A stretch of 64,000 bases of DNA from Paraspadella gotoi (Eukaryota > Animalia > Chaetognatha): NCBI GenBank assembly GCA_051294375.1, contig CM119267.1:19442709-19506708 (forward strand), written 5' to 3'. Every line of letters begins with the position of its first letter. The first letter of the stretch is position 1. Both the position numbers and the translations under genes were made by a program. Positions 1 through 12,900 of this stretch are shown piece after piece. The notes below the pieces were generated by a model. It did not search any database and had not been told where the DNA came from. It saw only the letters and a list, made by a program, of their open reading frames with translations.

Positions 1-35
<35 letters not shown>

Positions 36-1763
36 TAACTCATTCGTTACGGTTCAGAGGTCCCTCGTTTTTTTTCTCTCCAGCCTTCATCCTTCCCACT
101 TGAGAGATAACCGTCGCTGGGTTTACCTTTAAACTCGCCTCATAATTATCTATTCACCTCTGGCTTCTTTCTCCTTTATTTGGATCCCTCGTCCTTACCT
201 TAGTTCGCCAAGGTTTTTTTTTTTCCTTTTCTCTTCTTCTTTTTAATATTTTCTTTCTTTACCTTTATCAAATTCATCACACATTCTTTGTCCTCGTCTC
301 TCCGGGCGAGCGAGATTCACCCCATGAATGTGAACTTGTGAAATCGAGTCAGAATATGATGGAATGACGTGTGAAGAGTTGGGATATTCCCAGCTTTTTT
401 TTAACTTGGTGACTCAGATATCACAGAAAACGACGTTCTATTCAATGAAGTTTGTTAGTTGTATATTCACACCGTCTCACTTTCAACTTCAAATAGCCAA
501 TATCGATCGCATATCCGTTAGTTCCATCCACACGTTTCGCTGCATTGGCTAAAGTATGACGGTACTAGTTAAATAGTAATTATTGTAACCGCGCGTTGCT
601 ATCGAGGTTCCACAGCCCTTAACGCCAACTGGTGACAGGCCCTAACCATGAGTAGAGTAGATCACAGTGTTCCTCACAATTCTTATTTCTACATTTTCGA
701 CGATCCATCTTGCAGATCGAACCTGCCAAGGCCAAGGCAATCGTCTCCCCTAGAGTCCCACGAGTCATCCATGCAAAGAAGTCGTTTGTTCAACGTTGTC
801 GCTTCCAAAGTCGACATCTGTTCAAAAATCTTTCACGCTTTTGTCTTCGCTTTTTTCCCAAACCAGAACCCGGGGGAATTTCCCGGCTGAATCGAGAGAC
901 TGGTGACGACGACGACGACGACGACGACGACAGTGAGAATGACAAGCACTTTGACGAACAGAGATTAAATTTTAAAATCGCGGTAACGCATCTCTGTAGA
1001 TAAATGGACTGTCTTATTCATATGAAGATAAAATGCAGAAGACAAAAGTATGCTCAAGACTCAGAATCACTCGCCTAATTTCAGAGCAAATTCGTTTTCT
1101 CGTTTTCTTAAAATTTCGAGGAATGGACCGATAGATGGATCTGAATGATCAAATTGTATGTCCTTTTTTGGCTTCTCAGTTCCCAGTTTTTTTTTCTGAT
1201 TGACGAAAGAGAGAGAGAGAGAGAGAGAGAGAGTGTGTGTCAGTGGCCAAAAATCAACCGGTTTCTATTTGGGCCGTAAATGATATCATTCAGTAATCCA
1301 AGAGTCGGATAGAAGAGAGGGAACATGATTACTTATCTGTCTTCCACCTTTAAGGAATGACCATAAATTCTCAAGTTATAAAACTTTAGGGACTTGTATA
1401 ATGTATAGTGTATATTGTTCACTTCCTGCCTTTATAGTTTATACTCGTTGTTTTGACAATAAATCTCCTTCGATTTCTCCGAAATAAACCAGGCTTATTT
1501 TTATACAAGGATAGTGACCACAAAAAAAAAGCTTTCTCGAACCTTTTTTTCCCATTCATTATTCTCGCAGCATTGTTTTCAGATTTTAAATTTTAATTGT
1601 GTTTTCAAATTTCATATTTAATACTTTTATACTTACATTTTATTATTATAACAATTTTTCGCATTTTGTACCTTATTACCTACATCGTTATAGTTTATAT
1701 TTACATTATTTTAATTTGCAGTTCAACCGTTTTACCATTCAACCCTTTTTAACCAAAAAAAGA

Positions 1764-3000
1764 ATGCCTTTTACTGGCAAACGCTACCTCGTTACTGGAG
1801 CGGCGTCCGGGATCGGCGCTGGTGTCTGCGATCGACTCGTAAAATCCGGCGCCGAGGTGATCGCGCTCGACGTCAGCGCCGACGGTCTCGCCAATTTGGC
1901 GGAGTCGCGCCCGGGCCTCGTCACCATCCATCAAGACGTCGCCGATTGGTCGGCCACCAAGGACGCCTTGAAGGATCTTCCGGCTCTCAATGGGCTCGTC
2001 AATTGCGCGGGAGTTCAGCGGATCGTCGACGGTTTCTTCTCGGCGACCGAGATAGACTTTAACAAAATATTCGCCGTTAACGTCAATGGTAAAAATTAAA
2101 TAATTAATAAATACCTAACAGTTCTTTGATATTTTTTGAAAAAAGATTACTCCAAGAGATAACAATCCGCATATATCTTTAACTGGTGACTTTCGTAATT
2201 TCATTTTATTGATTATTCAAAGGAACCGTTTGTGTCTCGCAATGCGTGGCCCAAAATATGCTTTCCCATTCTGTCGCCGATGGTTCAATCGTTAACATTT
2301 CTTCTATCGCGTCCAAGAATTATTATCCTAAAATGATGCCCTATTCTGCGTCAAAAGTAAGGTTTATTTAATAATGGATTGTTTTTTATTGGACGAAAAT
2401 GGAATTTCAAAAATTTTTCCTGTTGAATTTGCTAAAAATAAAGTTACTGTCGCGGTGGTTAAATCAGAGCTTCACGCCTGCTTTCAACCCCCGTCCTGTG
2501 TCTCAGGTCGCTGGCGACCGCGATGTTTTCCGCCAAGTAGTTTTCACCCATGCAGATCCTTCCATTCCTACTATTATCCAAAATTTTCTTTTGTATTACC
2601 AAGAGTGAAAACAAGTTTTGTAATTTCTCTCCGAAAGTTTTAAATTAGTAAATTACTTAGTTAACAGTTAACAACCGTTCACTTTAAAATTTATTCCTTC
2701 TGCCGTATCGGACGCCTCCAGGCGGCGGTTGACTCCATCACGCGCACAATGGCCAAAGAGTTGGGAGCCCGCGGGATTCGAGTCAACGCTGTCGGACCGT
2801 ACTTGGTGCCCGCCACGTCGATGGGCGCCCGAACGCTAGAGGCCTTAAAGGACGACATCGTGAATGTACAGGAAGTTGTGCCGCTGGGCCGCTTTCCGTT
2901 CGTCAAAGAGGTCGTCGACGCCGTGATGTATCTCCTCGGAGACGAGTCGACTTTCGTCAACGGGATCGTCATGTCTCTGGATGGAGGAGAATCCGTTTAA
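1764..3000 (+). CDS. Classical short-chain dehydrogenase/reductase, L-xylulose reductase (DCXR)/carbonyl reductase-like, 245 aa; exons 1764-2088, 2223-2356, 2722-3000
   Basis: Spliced ORF has TGAASGIG (TGxxxGxG), LVNCAG, GSIVNISS, catalytic YSASK and ELGARGIRVNAVGP. GT-AG introns have compatible phases; 738 nt in total. Confidence 0.9.
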
Positions 3001-4507
3001 TTTTTTTTTTTTTTGATTTCGAGAACGTTTTTTAACTGGAAACCTTTGGCTGTTTTTATTTTTTAATTGGTTTATCAATGCTTAATTGCTTATCTGTTAT
3101 GAATTAAGTACATTATAAGATTAATGTTAATTGTTCATGAGCTTTTATTTTCTTTTTCCGGAAACAGTCTACCTTCGATTAAGTCAGAATTGTTTTCTTT
3201 CAAAAAAGCTAGGTAAGTAAATCTTTTAACTTCAAACCGAGTTGGGGAAAAAAATATTTGATTCTCTAAGTGTCTAGTGAACAAAATAGAATAAAATATT
3301 CATCAAAAATAGATATTAGGTAATGTTTAAACTTGCTTTAGTTAAGGCTAAATCAGAAAGAAAAATACACAATTCACAGCATTAATTACAAAAACAAATA
3401 AATAAATTTCTTTTGTATCTCTTATTCTCGATAATCTTTACATAAATTTAGCTCCGAAAGAATATCTTTTGCATTAATCAAGTCTTTTTCTCCAGTTCGC
3501 AGTCGATAAACAAACTATTTGCCTATCGTTGAAACTTTTTTGTGTTGTGGCAGAATTTTTTGGGGGAAAAAGCGGAGCAACCATCGGATTTGATTGGAAG
3601 AACCGGTTTTTTCAAAATAAAAATTAACTTGTTTACGTAATATTTTTTATCCCCTTTTTTTACACATTCGGGCGTCTTTTTTTGTTTAAATCAAATTCGA
3701 GTAACTATACGTACATTCAAAGACTTAATCTTTTAACCAGAATGTATTTCTGTTTAAAAAATATTGTATTCGAACTTTCTTCCTTGTTGTTTATAAGAGT
3801 TTAGAGAGAAAACGAAAATTTCGTTTCCATTGCGAAAAATGGACTCATTTTGAGCTCTTTTTTATCTTATCGTTTCACTTACCTTTAACTTATCTATCCA
3901 TCTTTACTTATTATTCTATTTCACTTCTTTTATTTCAAACTTACAAACTTTCATAATCATCAGCTAACAACTAATTTATTAATCCTTGTTATATGTTTAG
4001 TTTTTCTAAATTTATCATTGTTGTACATTGCCTAATGTATTGATTTTTTTTACTCTCTCCCTCTCCTTTCACCAATTTCAAATTCCTTCCCTGTCCTCAC
4101 CTTCACCTGTCCAGTGTCCATACATCTGATCATTATCCCTTACTAAATTCTTTGTTGAAAAACTCTCTCTCTCTCTCCAAAACTAATTTTTGTGAAACAG
4201 TTATTGATTCACTTGCTGTCCAAACATGACCGAATTAATAAATTCACTTCTTATAACGAAATTTTCGTTTTCTCTCTAATTATTTGAAAGATAGAAATAT
4301 CTGATCACACTCCGAAAAAACTTGATTGACTTTCTCTCAAATCCGTTCAACATTAAGGGTTCTAGAAAACCGGCGGGACAACTTCTTCCCCTTTTATTCT
4401 TCCTCGAACTGAATCCCAAACGACAATCCTGCATTTCTGATCCTAAGCTGACCTTGTACACGCCTTCTAAAATCAACCTATTGGATCAACTCCAGTCATC
4501 GCCAATC

Positions 4508-5920
4508 ATGCCTTCCCTTGCCAGCGTCACTTCCGCCTTCTATTCTAGTCCCAAAGCGAATTGCGTCTTCTTGTCTTTCCTCTGTGCATTGAGTTGGTCC
4601 TTTCTGGATTTAATGCAAGGAACGCTCATAGACGTCGACGCCAACGTCATTGTGATCGGCTACGGCGTCGGTCTCACCATCGCCGGGATCATCGGCGTCG
4701 TTTTGGATCCCGGCGGCGTCGCCGCGCCGCTGCAGAGTTGGAAAAACTCGGCGGCCGTCATCGTTTTTGGCGTCTCTGCGATCGCGGACAGCATTACTTA
4801 CGTGGCTGGGCAAAAGGTGAGGTTCGGGAATACATATTTTAATGTTAATAATTAAATATTTGTATTGTCTGAATTACGTAAGTGGTGTGTTAAACTATAT
4901 AGAATGGCGAACTCGTAAGAGTTTGCAGTAGCTTGCTAATCTAGAATGTTAAGACTACAACCAAGAAAACTACCCATTTGTTTTTGCCATTAATTATTTT
5001 AAAAAACGAAAGTTTATGCATTTTATAATATTTTAAATTTCCGTAAGAAATGTAAGAACTGAACTTTTCGTTCGTTTTTTCACATCCCAATTAGTAANNN
5101 NNNNNNNCCGTAAGAAATGTAAGATTTCAACTTTTCGTTCGTTTTTTCACATCCCAAATAGTAAAAATATATATTAATTATTATTCATTTTTTGACACAG
5201 CATTTGTAATGTAATGTTAAAAATTAGCTATAAAAACTACTCTATATAAACGTAATCAAAATAAGTTTATGAGAGACGCAATCTAAAAACAAGTTTAGCG
5301 TATTAATAGGGGTCAAACTTAACGTATTAATTTATATTTACATAAATACATTGATTTGTCTCCCTAGTTCGTTCCCCTCGGCGACGTGGCTCTTTTCTTC
5401 TACCTCAGCGTCGTCTACACTTCCTTCATGGACTCCCTCTGGCGTCGACGCCTCCCGACGGCGTCGCAAAGCCTCGGCCTGATCCTCTGCGCGGTGGGCG
5501 TGACCCTCGTCACTCAACCTTCGTTTATTTTCAGGTCCGCGTCCTCATCGCCGGCCGAATTTCGAGACGGGTCGGCCTTCGGTTATTTGTTGGCCTTTTT
5601 GTCCGGAGTCTTCGTCGCTGGAGGGAATATGATCGTCGCGGTCTTCGAGGACGTGAGGTCGCCGGTAAATTAGAAAGGCGGGAGGGTGAGTGGCTTTTAG
5701 TGAATGAGTGAGGGAAGAAGGGGAGTGAGTGGGTGAGAGAGAGAAGTGAGTGAACATTCCTATGTTCGTTCAGGCGTGGACCATCTCCGCTGGTTTATGC
5801 GACATCATCTACGGCTCCTCCGCTCTCGCCATCGTCGGCAACTTCGGTATCGATCCAACGCCGATTCTCAAGGTGGCTCTGGTGTCGGCCATGCTGCTAG
5901 ATACAATAGGAAGGTTCGTT

Positions 5921-5954
<34 letters not shown>

Positions 5955-6278
5955 GAGAGTGTAAGTACATAATAAATCCCTAAAAAAAGTTTAACGAATC
6001 CTTTTTATCTTCCGAAATCCAGACTGGGCAACCTCATCGCCAACAAATCCCACAGCCCTACTCTCATGGTATTGGTCAGCGTCTCGCAGATCCCCCTGAC
6101 CTACACGTGGGGTTGGATCTGGTTGGGGCAAAGTTTAAACTCGTTGAAGATCGCCGGCGTTTTCGTCGTCGTCGCCGCCGTCGTCATAGTCGTCGTCGGG
6201 AACAGCGGAGACGTGCGACGGGAGAGTGGGGAGCGAGACGAGGAGGAGAAACCGTTGAAAGATTCTAGGGAAGAATAA
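4508..6278 (+). CDS. EamA/DMT superfamily (SLC35G-like) membrane transporter, ~329 aa; exons 4508-4816, 5368-5652, 5774-5913, 6023-6278
   Basis: About 10 hydrophobic segments; motifs VPLGDVA, GVTLVTQPSFIF, FGYLLAFLSGVF and QIPLTYTWGWIWLGQ..GVFVVVAAV are typical of the two EamA repeats of SLC35G proteins. Splice phases join in frame (990 nt). Confidence 0.8.
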
Positions 6279-6586
6279 TGATTATGTAATATGTATACTT
6301 ACGCTTGTTATCTTTTGAGAATACCATATTGATTTGTTGATTTTTAATGAAATTATATTTATAATTGTTAATAAAAATTCAAAATTTTATCGTCCAAGTA
6401 AAATATTTACTATTTGCTTTAGTTAATTAGCATAATTGTTAGCATTACATAAGATGTTGAATGACAACTTTTTTTCACTTGAAGTTGGACATTTGACATT
6501 TCATCGTGGCAATTTCTGCTTTGTCTTTTGTTTATCAGTTATCATCGTCGCGTACTCTCTCGCGGAAGAAGCCGGAAGTCAAATAA

Positions 6587-6662
6587 AAAAAAGGACTATG
6601 CTGCTGCATTTCATATACAATAACTATATAGTATAAGAAATGAAGCAGCATAGTCCTTTTTT
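6587..6662. other. Near-perfect inverted repeat (32-bp arms, 12-nt loop)
   Basis: aaaaaaggactatgctgctgcatttcatatac pairs with gtataagaaatgaagcagcatagtcctttttt, with 2 mismatches. Confidence 0.85.
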
Positions 6663-7740
6663 ATAATTATAGTTATATACTCTCCACAAACCCCTGAATT
6701 TAACTTTTGGTAGTAAATAAAATATTGAATCTAAAAATCTGCTTCGTCCCGTTGCTTATATTTATCTATTTGCAAAGGTGGTCGGCGACACTGTTGGCTG
6801 AAAATTTTTAAGAAAAAAATTGTTCTATGTATAAATTGTTTTGAACGAAAACAACTATTATGATTATGATGTCGCGATTGAAGAAAGTTCTCGACGCTGC
6901 TTTTATCGTAGTCGTGGCTGTCATCTAGAAATCGAATTGATTGTGAACTTATAAAATTAACTCAGATCTGGATCCTCGTTTGGACAAGAATAAACGCTAA
7001 GCTCGAGACCAGGAGGGGGCAACCGTGAAAAAAAAAAACAGGAAAAAAAAAATAGCTGAGGGAAAGTAAAATAAAAGGGGGAAAAAAGTAAGATAAAAGA
7101 AGAAAAGAGCGAATAAAGAGAAAAGGCTCGAAAGAAAGAGAAAAGAGCAGAGTGATTTCGGTAGCTTTGGTTTCCGAGATCTCGTCGGCCGCCGACGATT
7201 TGACTTTCAGATTTCGTCGCGATCTCTCGATGACGAGTCGGGGGAGGGGTGTGGCGGGGGGAGGTGATGGGGTGGAGAAGGGGGGCTGGGGGGGAAGGTT
7301 CTTGGAAAGGACTGCGTTGACAGTTGGCTTGGTTTTTTTTTCTCTCTCTCTCTACCCTCAAGAGGAAGTGAAATGGGTTGACTGGCGAGATTACGGATGT
7401 TCGAAGGACGAAAACGTTGGATGTTCGAAAAAGTCGTTGGAAAATTTTCGAGAGGATTGAAAAGTTGTTCTTATTTTGGCAGGGATAAGTATTAAGTACT
7501 GGTAAAAAAATCTAACTATGTATGGTTGAGTGGCAAAGGAATGACAAATTTTTAAAAATAGGAGACGGAAGGACAAAGATTCATTCAGTGGCATTCGATT
7601 CCAAATCGAGGTCAATGTTTCTACTCAAAGAAACATTGACGATGCGAAGAAACCACACCGCATTGAAGGTTGCCGTACAAGTCGTGCAATCATGATGCTT
7701 GCTTATAGAATCACGCATTTTCCGCAGACAAAATTGAAAA

Positions 7741-7925
7741 GACGGGGTACGGTGGACTAAAGTCATTCGCCTCCCAACCCAAAGGTCCGGAGTTCTAGCC
7801 CGGTGGTCACCTAGCAGTTATGAGGACGGGGCGCTTAACCCGCCTGTAACACGGTGTTTACAGCCTGATCCGAATCTCAGGGACTGCTTAATGCTTATAT
7901 CGAACGTTCAGTAACTAACATTTAA
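7741..7925 (+). mobile_element. tRNA(Gly)-derived SINE (also at ~15746-15940 and ~25578-25772)
   Basis: The head ggtacggtgg...ttcgcctcccaa...ggtccggagttctagcccgg resembles tRNA-Gly(CCC), with A-box-like and B-box-like motifs but a broken anticodon stem. It is followed by a cacctagcagttatgagg core and an AT-rich tail. Confidence 0.6.
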
Positions 7926-9451
7926 CAATTATTACCGTCTCTTCAGGGGTGAACAGAGAAAGGGAATCCCAGTCGGGGAAAACAGGGGTGGCAGAGGTTT
8001 TTTTTTAATTGTGGCCGCCGAAGGTTCGACTCCTAGCGGCGAAAGAAACTTCGGAAAATCCAGAAGAGACTCGAATAAAAGAGCAAAAATTATGCGCAAA
8101 GGAAGGGAGAGGGGCAGGCTTAATTTTACTTTCACCGAAAAGAGTAAGGGGGTTTAAAGGTAAGGATGGTTTAAGAGTGGTTTAAAATTAAAGCGAGTTT
8201 TGGGTTAAGATTAAGATATTGAGTATTAATTTTTTACTTTTTTAAGAATCAAATATTTTTATATAATTATTCATAAAAAGTGAGTAATTAGTTAACCTCG
8301 AGCCACGAAGAAAGAGAGAGAGGCAGAGCCATCTGATCGCTTCCTACGTCATCAGCAATGGCATCCGGGTAAGCGGTGACATCTGACGGAAAAGTCTCAC
8401 CTGTCTCGATTTTCGCCGCAGCCGCCGCCGCCGAAGCATTTTAAAATATTCCTTCGAATAATTTATTATCCTTTTTTCTCTCTTTCAGAGATCCGACTTT
8501 TTAAGTCGCAGATTTCTATTTCCGAATCGCCTCATCTACCTTACCTTCTTCCCCGCCCACGTCACCCCACCCTTCTCTCACCGCTACCCTAATTCACCCA
8601 CCTGGGCACCGATCGCTACCTCCGAGTTTGAGCGGCGGGGGCTGCGGCTGCGGCTGCGACGGCAGTCTCGAAAATCCTTTTCCCATCAGAGTCAATTCTC
8701 TCTCTTTTCGGCGAGAGGTGGAGTCACTGAGAACATTTTGACAAATTAAAGACTCTCTCAGACTTTTTGATTTCGCGTGCGGTGCGGGTGTGGTTTAGGG
8801 GGTAGTGTTAGGCCAGGGTAAGTTTGGCAGCGGCCCGCTTCAGGCGACGGACGTTGTCGAAACAATTAAAAATCATATTTTTATAATTAGCCATTTAAAA
8901 TTTTTCATATTTTAGGTTTTTATTTACGCCAGGACATTCTAAGTCTCGTAATAAATATGCGTCGAAATAACAAGGTTCGGACATAACGGGTCGTGTGCGC
9001 CATCACCGTCGGAAATTATTCCTACGTCTCAACGACTTTAAGAGACAGGCGCGCGCAAGGGAGAGGGCCAGGCCAATCTTTAATTTACTTCCGAATTTTC
9101 GTTCTCATTACGGCCGAAACCCGATTTCAATTCACAAAAATACGACTTAATTGCAATGCGCCCTAGACCTCGCCATAAAACTTTCTATTTTGCCGTGTTT
9201 CGGATTATCCGTCCAATTCAACTTCGATAAATAATCGTTGGGGTCTCTGACTCTCATGATACATGAAGAATATGCATAATTTTTTTTGAAATGTGATTTA
9301 TTGATTTACGTCTTATATCACCCAGACTAATCGGGAATAGGCAACTTTAAAACCCTAATTTTAATCTTGTTAGGATTCTCGTCATCGCGACTTATACTAA
9401 TATATTATATTAATAATTATAATATTATTATATTAATACTTATCAATTTTT

Positions 9452-9668
9452 TTATGAAATTGATACAACCAATATAAAATTATTCATTCATTATTAATGA
9501 ATAAGCTATCTTGCTTTGGGCTAGCTTTAGTGTATTAAGGCCTCCATCACTGACAAGATAATGACATAGCAGGACCCTTTGAGCTTTCAATGAAGTTTAT
9601 TTACTCCCAGAGTACCTTGCTTCCAGATCAAGTGGTATAATATTTCAAAGAATGATTCAACTGTACCA
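9452..9668. repeat. Interspersed ~200-bp repeat (also in block copies at ~18945-19160 and ~28795-29015)
   Basis: Clear homology to 55680-55918: gctatcttgc, taaggcctccatcact, acaagataatgacat, gagtacct, aagtggtataatatttca. Confidence 0.75.
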
Positions 9669-9927
9669 ACTTTTTATAATATTTCTGTTAGCCAATCAGA
9701 ATGTCCTGCTTTTCATTATACAATTACGCAAAATCGAACCGTTTATTTGGATAATTTGTTCAAGATATAAAAAACGAACGAATCAAACGATAAAAAATGT
9801 TTTAATTTAAAATGAGAATAAAAAATTATGATTATGCAGCGGTAATATTAGGTATAAAAAATCCATTTCATTAGGAAAACAATGAAGAGAATAATATTTA
9901 TAGATAAAATTGAATCAATATAAATAT

Positions 9928-12900
9928 TCAAAGAGTTTCTTCACTCATTCCGTTCGGACTATCCGAGATTTCAAAGTTGTAATAGACCGAATTCTCCCTC
10001 AGAAATTGCTCGACCAGCGCCTGGACGCGGTAGCGGCTTTGGCGATTCCTGAGGGCGATTTGCTGCGCTGATTGGAGGTTTGCCAGGGCCGTGGGCAAGA
10101 CGACCACGATGAAGGTGACGATGGCCTGGGCCGAGTCGATGACAGCGTCGCTACCGACCAGATTTAGGGTGTCGAGAATGTGGTACATGTAGCCTGCAAA
10201 GGCGGCCACTATGCCCAACTTTACGAGCACCTTGGCGCGTTCATACCCAATGGGAAAGATTTCACGGACAATGTCTGTAACAAGGAAAAAGGGGGCAAGT
10301 TCGTAATAACTGATAAGTCAAAAAGAGTTACAATTATAAGCAATGACCTATGAAACCCGTCACCTTTTGCTCAAAAACATCATTTGCACTTATGAACCAA
10401 GAATTTATCTCGGTTTTCCGTAATTTACCTTTGTACAGCTTGCGCGGAATGTAAGGCAGTCCCTCCCTGCAGTGCCACAAAAGCACCGGTTCAAATAGAT
10501 CCCTTTGTGACGTAGACTCTCTGGAATCCCTGGTCAAGGAAGCCCGACTCTTCAGCCACTTGTCCCTTTGCTCTTTGACATTGGCGATTCGATCCAAATG
10601 GATCTGCGTCGCGACGTCAAAAATGATCAACTTCAAGCAGATGTACTTGTCGTGCACCGCCCTCGCAGAGCGGTAGAGGAAGCCAATAACGCCTCCCACC
10701 AATCCGACCCAACTCAAGGCCTCCTTGTAGTGCAGCATGGTCGCGGAAATGGTGCAGACAAAGAAACGATCATAGATGATCAGCGTTTCCATAAGCAGAT
10801 AACCGATGATTAGGCACGTAAATATCCCCCAACAACTGGCTGCTAACGGTATAATCACTAAGCGACAAAATCCACTGGAGCAAATAACTCTCTCTCTACG
10901 CAACAATCTTCCGTACATGTTCCAGGGCAAAATTGCGCAAACGGGAAGCATACTTAATAATGCCGGGAGAAGAGAAAAGAGACGAATAAGAAATAACCAG
11001 GCCGGGAGCGTAGCTCTGTCTTCATAAAGCTTCTCTAATACGAATTCCCAAAACGACCGTTTAAAGAGCAAACCCAAACGGATCTTCATGCCGCAAGAGA
11101 CTCTGTTCAGTCCGTTCAGGTCCTTGAGGCTGGAGGGCACGAGTTTGTTGTCGATCTCGTAAGGGCCAAAATAGGGTGTAGGGTAAAATGCCTCGATGCA
11201 TATTTCAGAGACTTTAGGTACAGAAATTATAAATAGGTTGATCAACCAAAGAATGAGGAGTGTTAGGTAGATATCTATTTCGGTATGCAATCCGTTCCAG
11301 TGGTGTAGGTCCTTCACCTCGACCTTGAAGGCTCTGGTGAAATTTTGCGCCTTTTGGACAATTGTGTTTTGAGTGTATCGATCTAAGATGGCCATTATGA
11401 TGGTGGCATGAAGCGACACCACGGCAGCAAAGACAAAGCGACAGAGTATTTGGCAAAACCGGCAGAACCAGCTGGTCGCTAAGCCGGAAGAGAAAAGAAC
11501 CAAAACCGGAGTGGAGTCGTCAAGAGCCACGAAGAGGAGGCTGGACATATCGTCCTCGTCCAGGGTATCCGCATTCCCGGAGTTGTCGCGATTGAAGCAG
11601 CCAGAAAGGTTGGATAATCGGCTAGACGGCGTAATCGGGCCGTTTGAGGGCACGGGGACGGAGAGAGTATTCTTGGGCGCCGCTTCGATGGCGTTGGGAT
11701 CGGCGTCGGTGGCAGCGCTGGCTGCGGCGCCGTCTTCGCTGCTTTCTTCCAAGGCGGCGCTGCGGTCGTTTGGAGTTTCGAAGTCGAGCGGCGTGGGAAT
11801 CATGGTGCGGGCGGAGCGGTAACCCGAAGCGGCTTCGGTTTGGGGACAGAGTTGAATGAGGATCACCGGGAGGAAGATGAGGGTCAGGAAGAAGATGAAC
11901 CACTGGGGTAGGGAAGAAATTGTTAAAATTTGAACAATTTGTAAACTTTAATAATTGCATTGCTTTTCTTCTGTTCTCATCCTCGGATATTTTTAAGCAA
12001 TTTTTCACAGAGAAACGCCGTGATGGTTACACCGTCTTAAAATTTCTGTAACATTTGCTTCATAAAACCGATTCCACCTACCGATTCTGGCCGATTCTAA
12101 CCTTGATTCCCAAGACCGCGTTGTTAAAAACGTCCCAAGCCTCGGAGACTCCGGCGGTGGCTCTCAAGTCTTGCAGCGGTTGGCGACCGTCGACGCAGAT
12201 GCTCTCGACTTCGTAGGTCGACCGCGGGACGTTGTCCACGTCGGTCTCGTTGTAGGGCGAGGAAAAGTTGTCGGGCCGGAGGGCGCGGAAACAGAGTTTG
12301 CTGTCGTTCTGCGGGAGAATAAAATTGTGAGGTGGAGAGTCTAATTTTTTGAAGCATTATTTTTTTTTAAATCTAAAATTTTTTTGTACTTTTTAAAGAA
12401 TTTTGATTTTTATCTTCATTTTTTAAATTAAAAAAAAAATGTTTTCTTTAAATTGTAAATGTTCCATTAATTTTTTATCAATCATTAAACTGACATAATA
12501 TTATTACAATATCATTAAATTGTGTTTTTCTATATCAGTAGAATTATATACTTTGTTTTTGCTAAGCGTCGTTTTAACGGTATCAAAAAATACTAATCAG
12601 AATACTAAAAAACACAGTGTTCCTTATTCTTTCTTAGTCTGACTTTCAATTGTCTCAAATTGGCCCAAATCCTATCATCCCCTTCTACCTTCAGCCCCTT
12701 CGTCACGACATCGCCAGTCTTATTGTACTCCATCCTCCTGTCCTGCAGACTCTGATCTGCGAGGCCGTCGACGGCCCACTTGACGCCGTCGACGATCTCT
12801 TGCAGCTTCAGAGGCAGAGAGAGACGGACGAACTCTTCAGTCGTCGCGTGGTCGATGGATTTGTCGAAGGAGACGCGGGCGGTGATCGAAGCCTCGGCCA

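Noticed and set aside
263-540. Possible minus-strand exons (KRVDGTNGYAIDIGYLKLK / NVVFCDI*VTK...) with an in-frame TGA at 414-416
   Set aside because: The intron would be only 43 nt, there is no recognisable homology or SECIS, and the region is error-prone, so neither a selenoprotein nor a gene can be supported.
600-655. Minus-strand catggttagggcc resembling the pistol ribozyme 5' hairpin; plus-strand twister-like look
   Set aside because: The required downstream CCCUAA pseudoknot partner and P2/P3 are absent, and twister P2/P4 cannot be formed.
7741-7811. Functional tRNA-Gly gene
   Set aside because: Anticodon and acceptor stems do not pair properly; treated as a SINE head.
6770-9200. GC-richer patches with splice-like signals suggesting a plus-strand gene
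   Set aside because: No consistent reading frame or recognisable protein could be assembled in any of the three copies.
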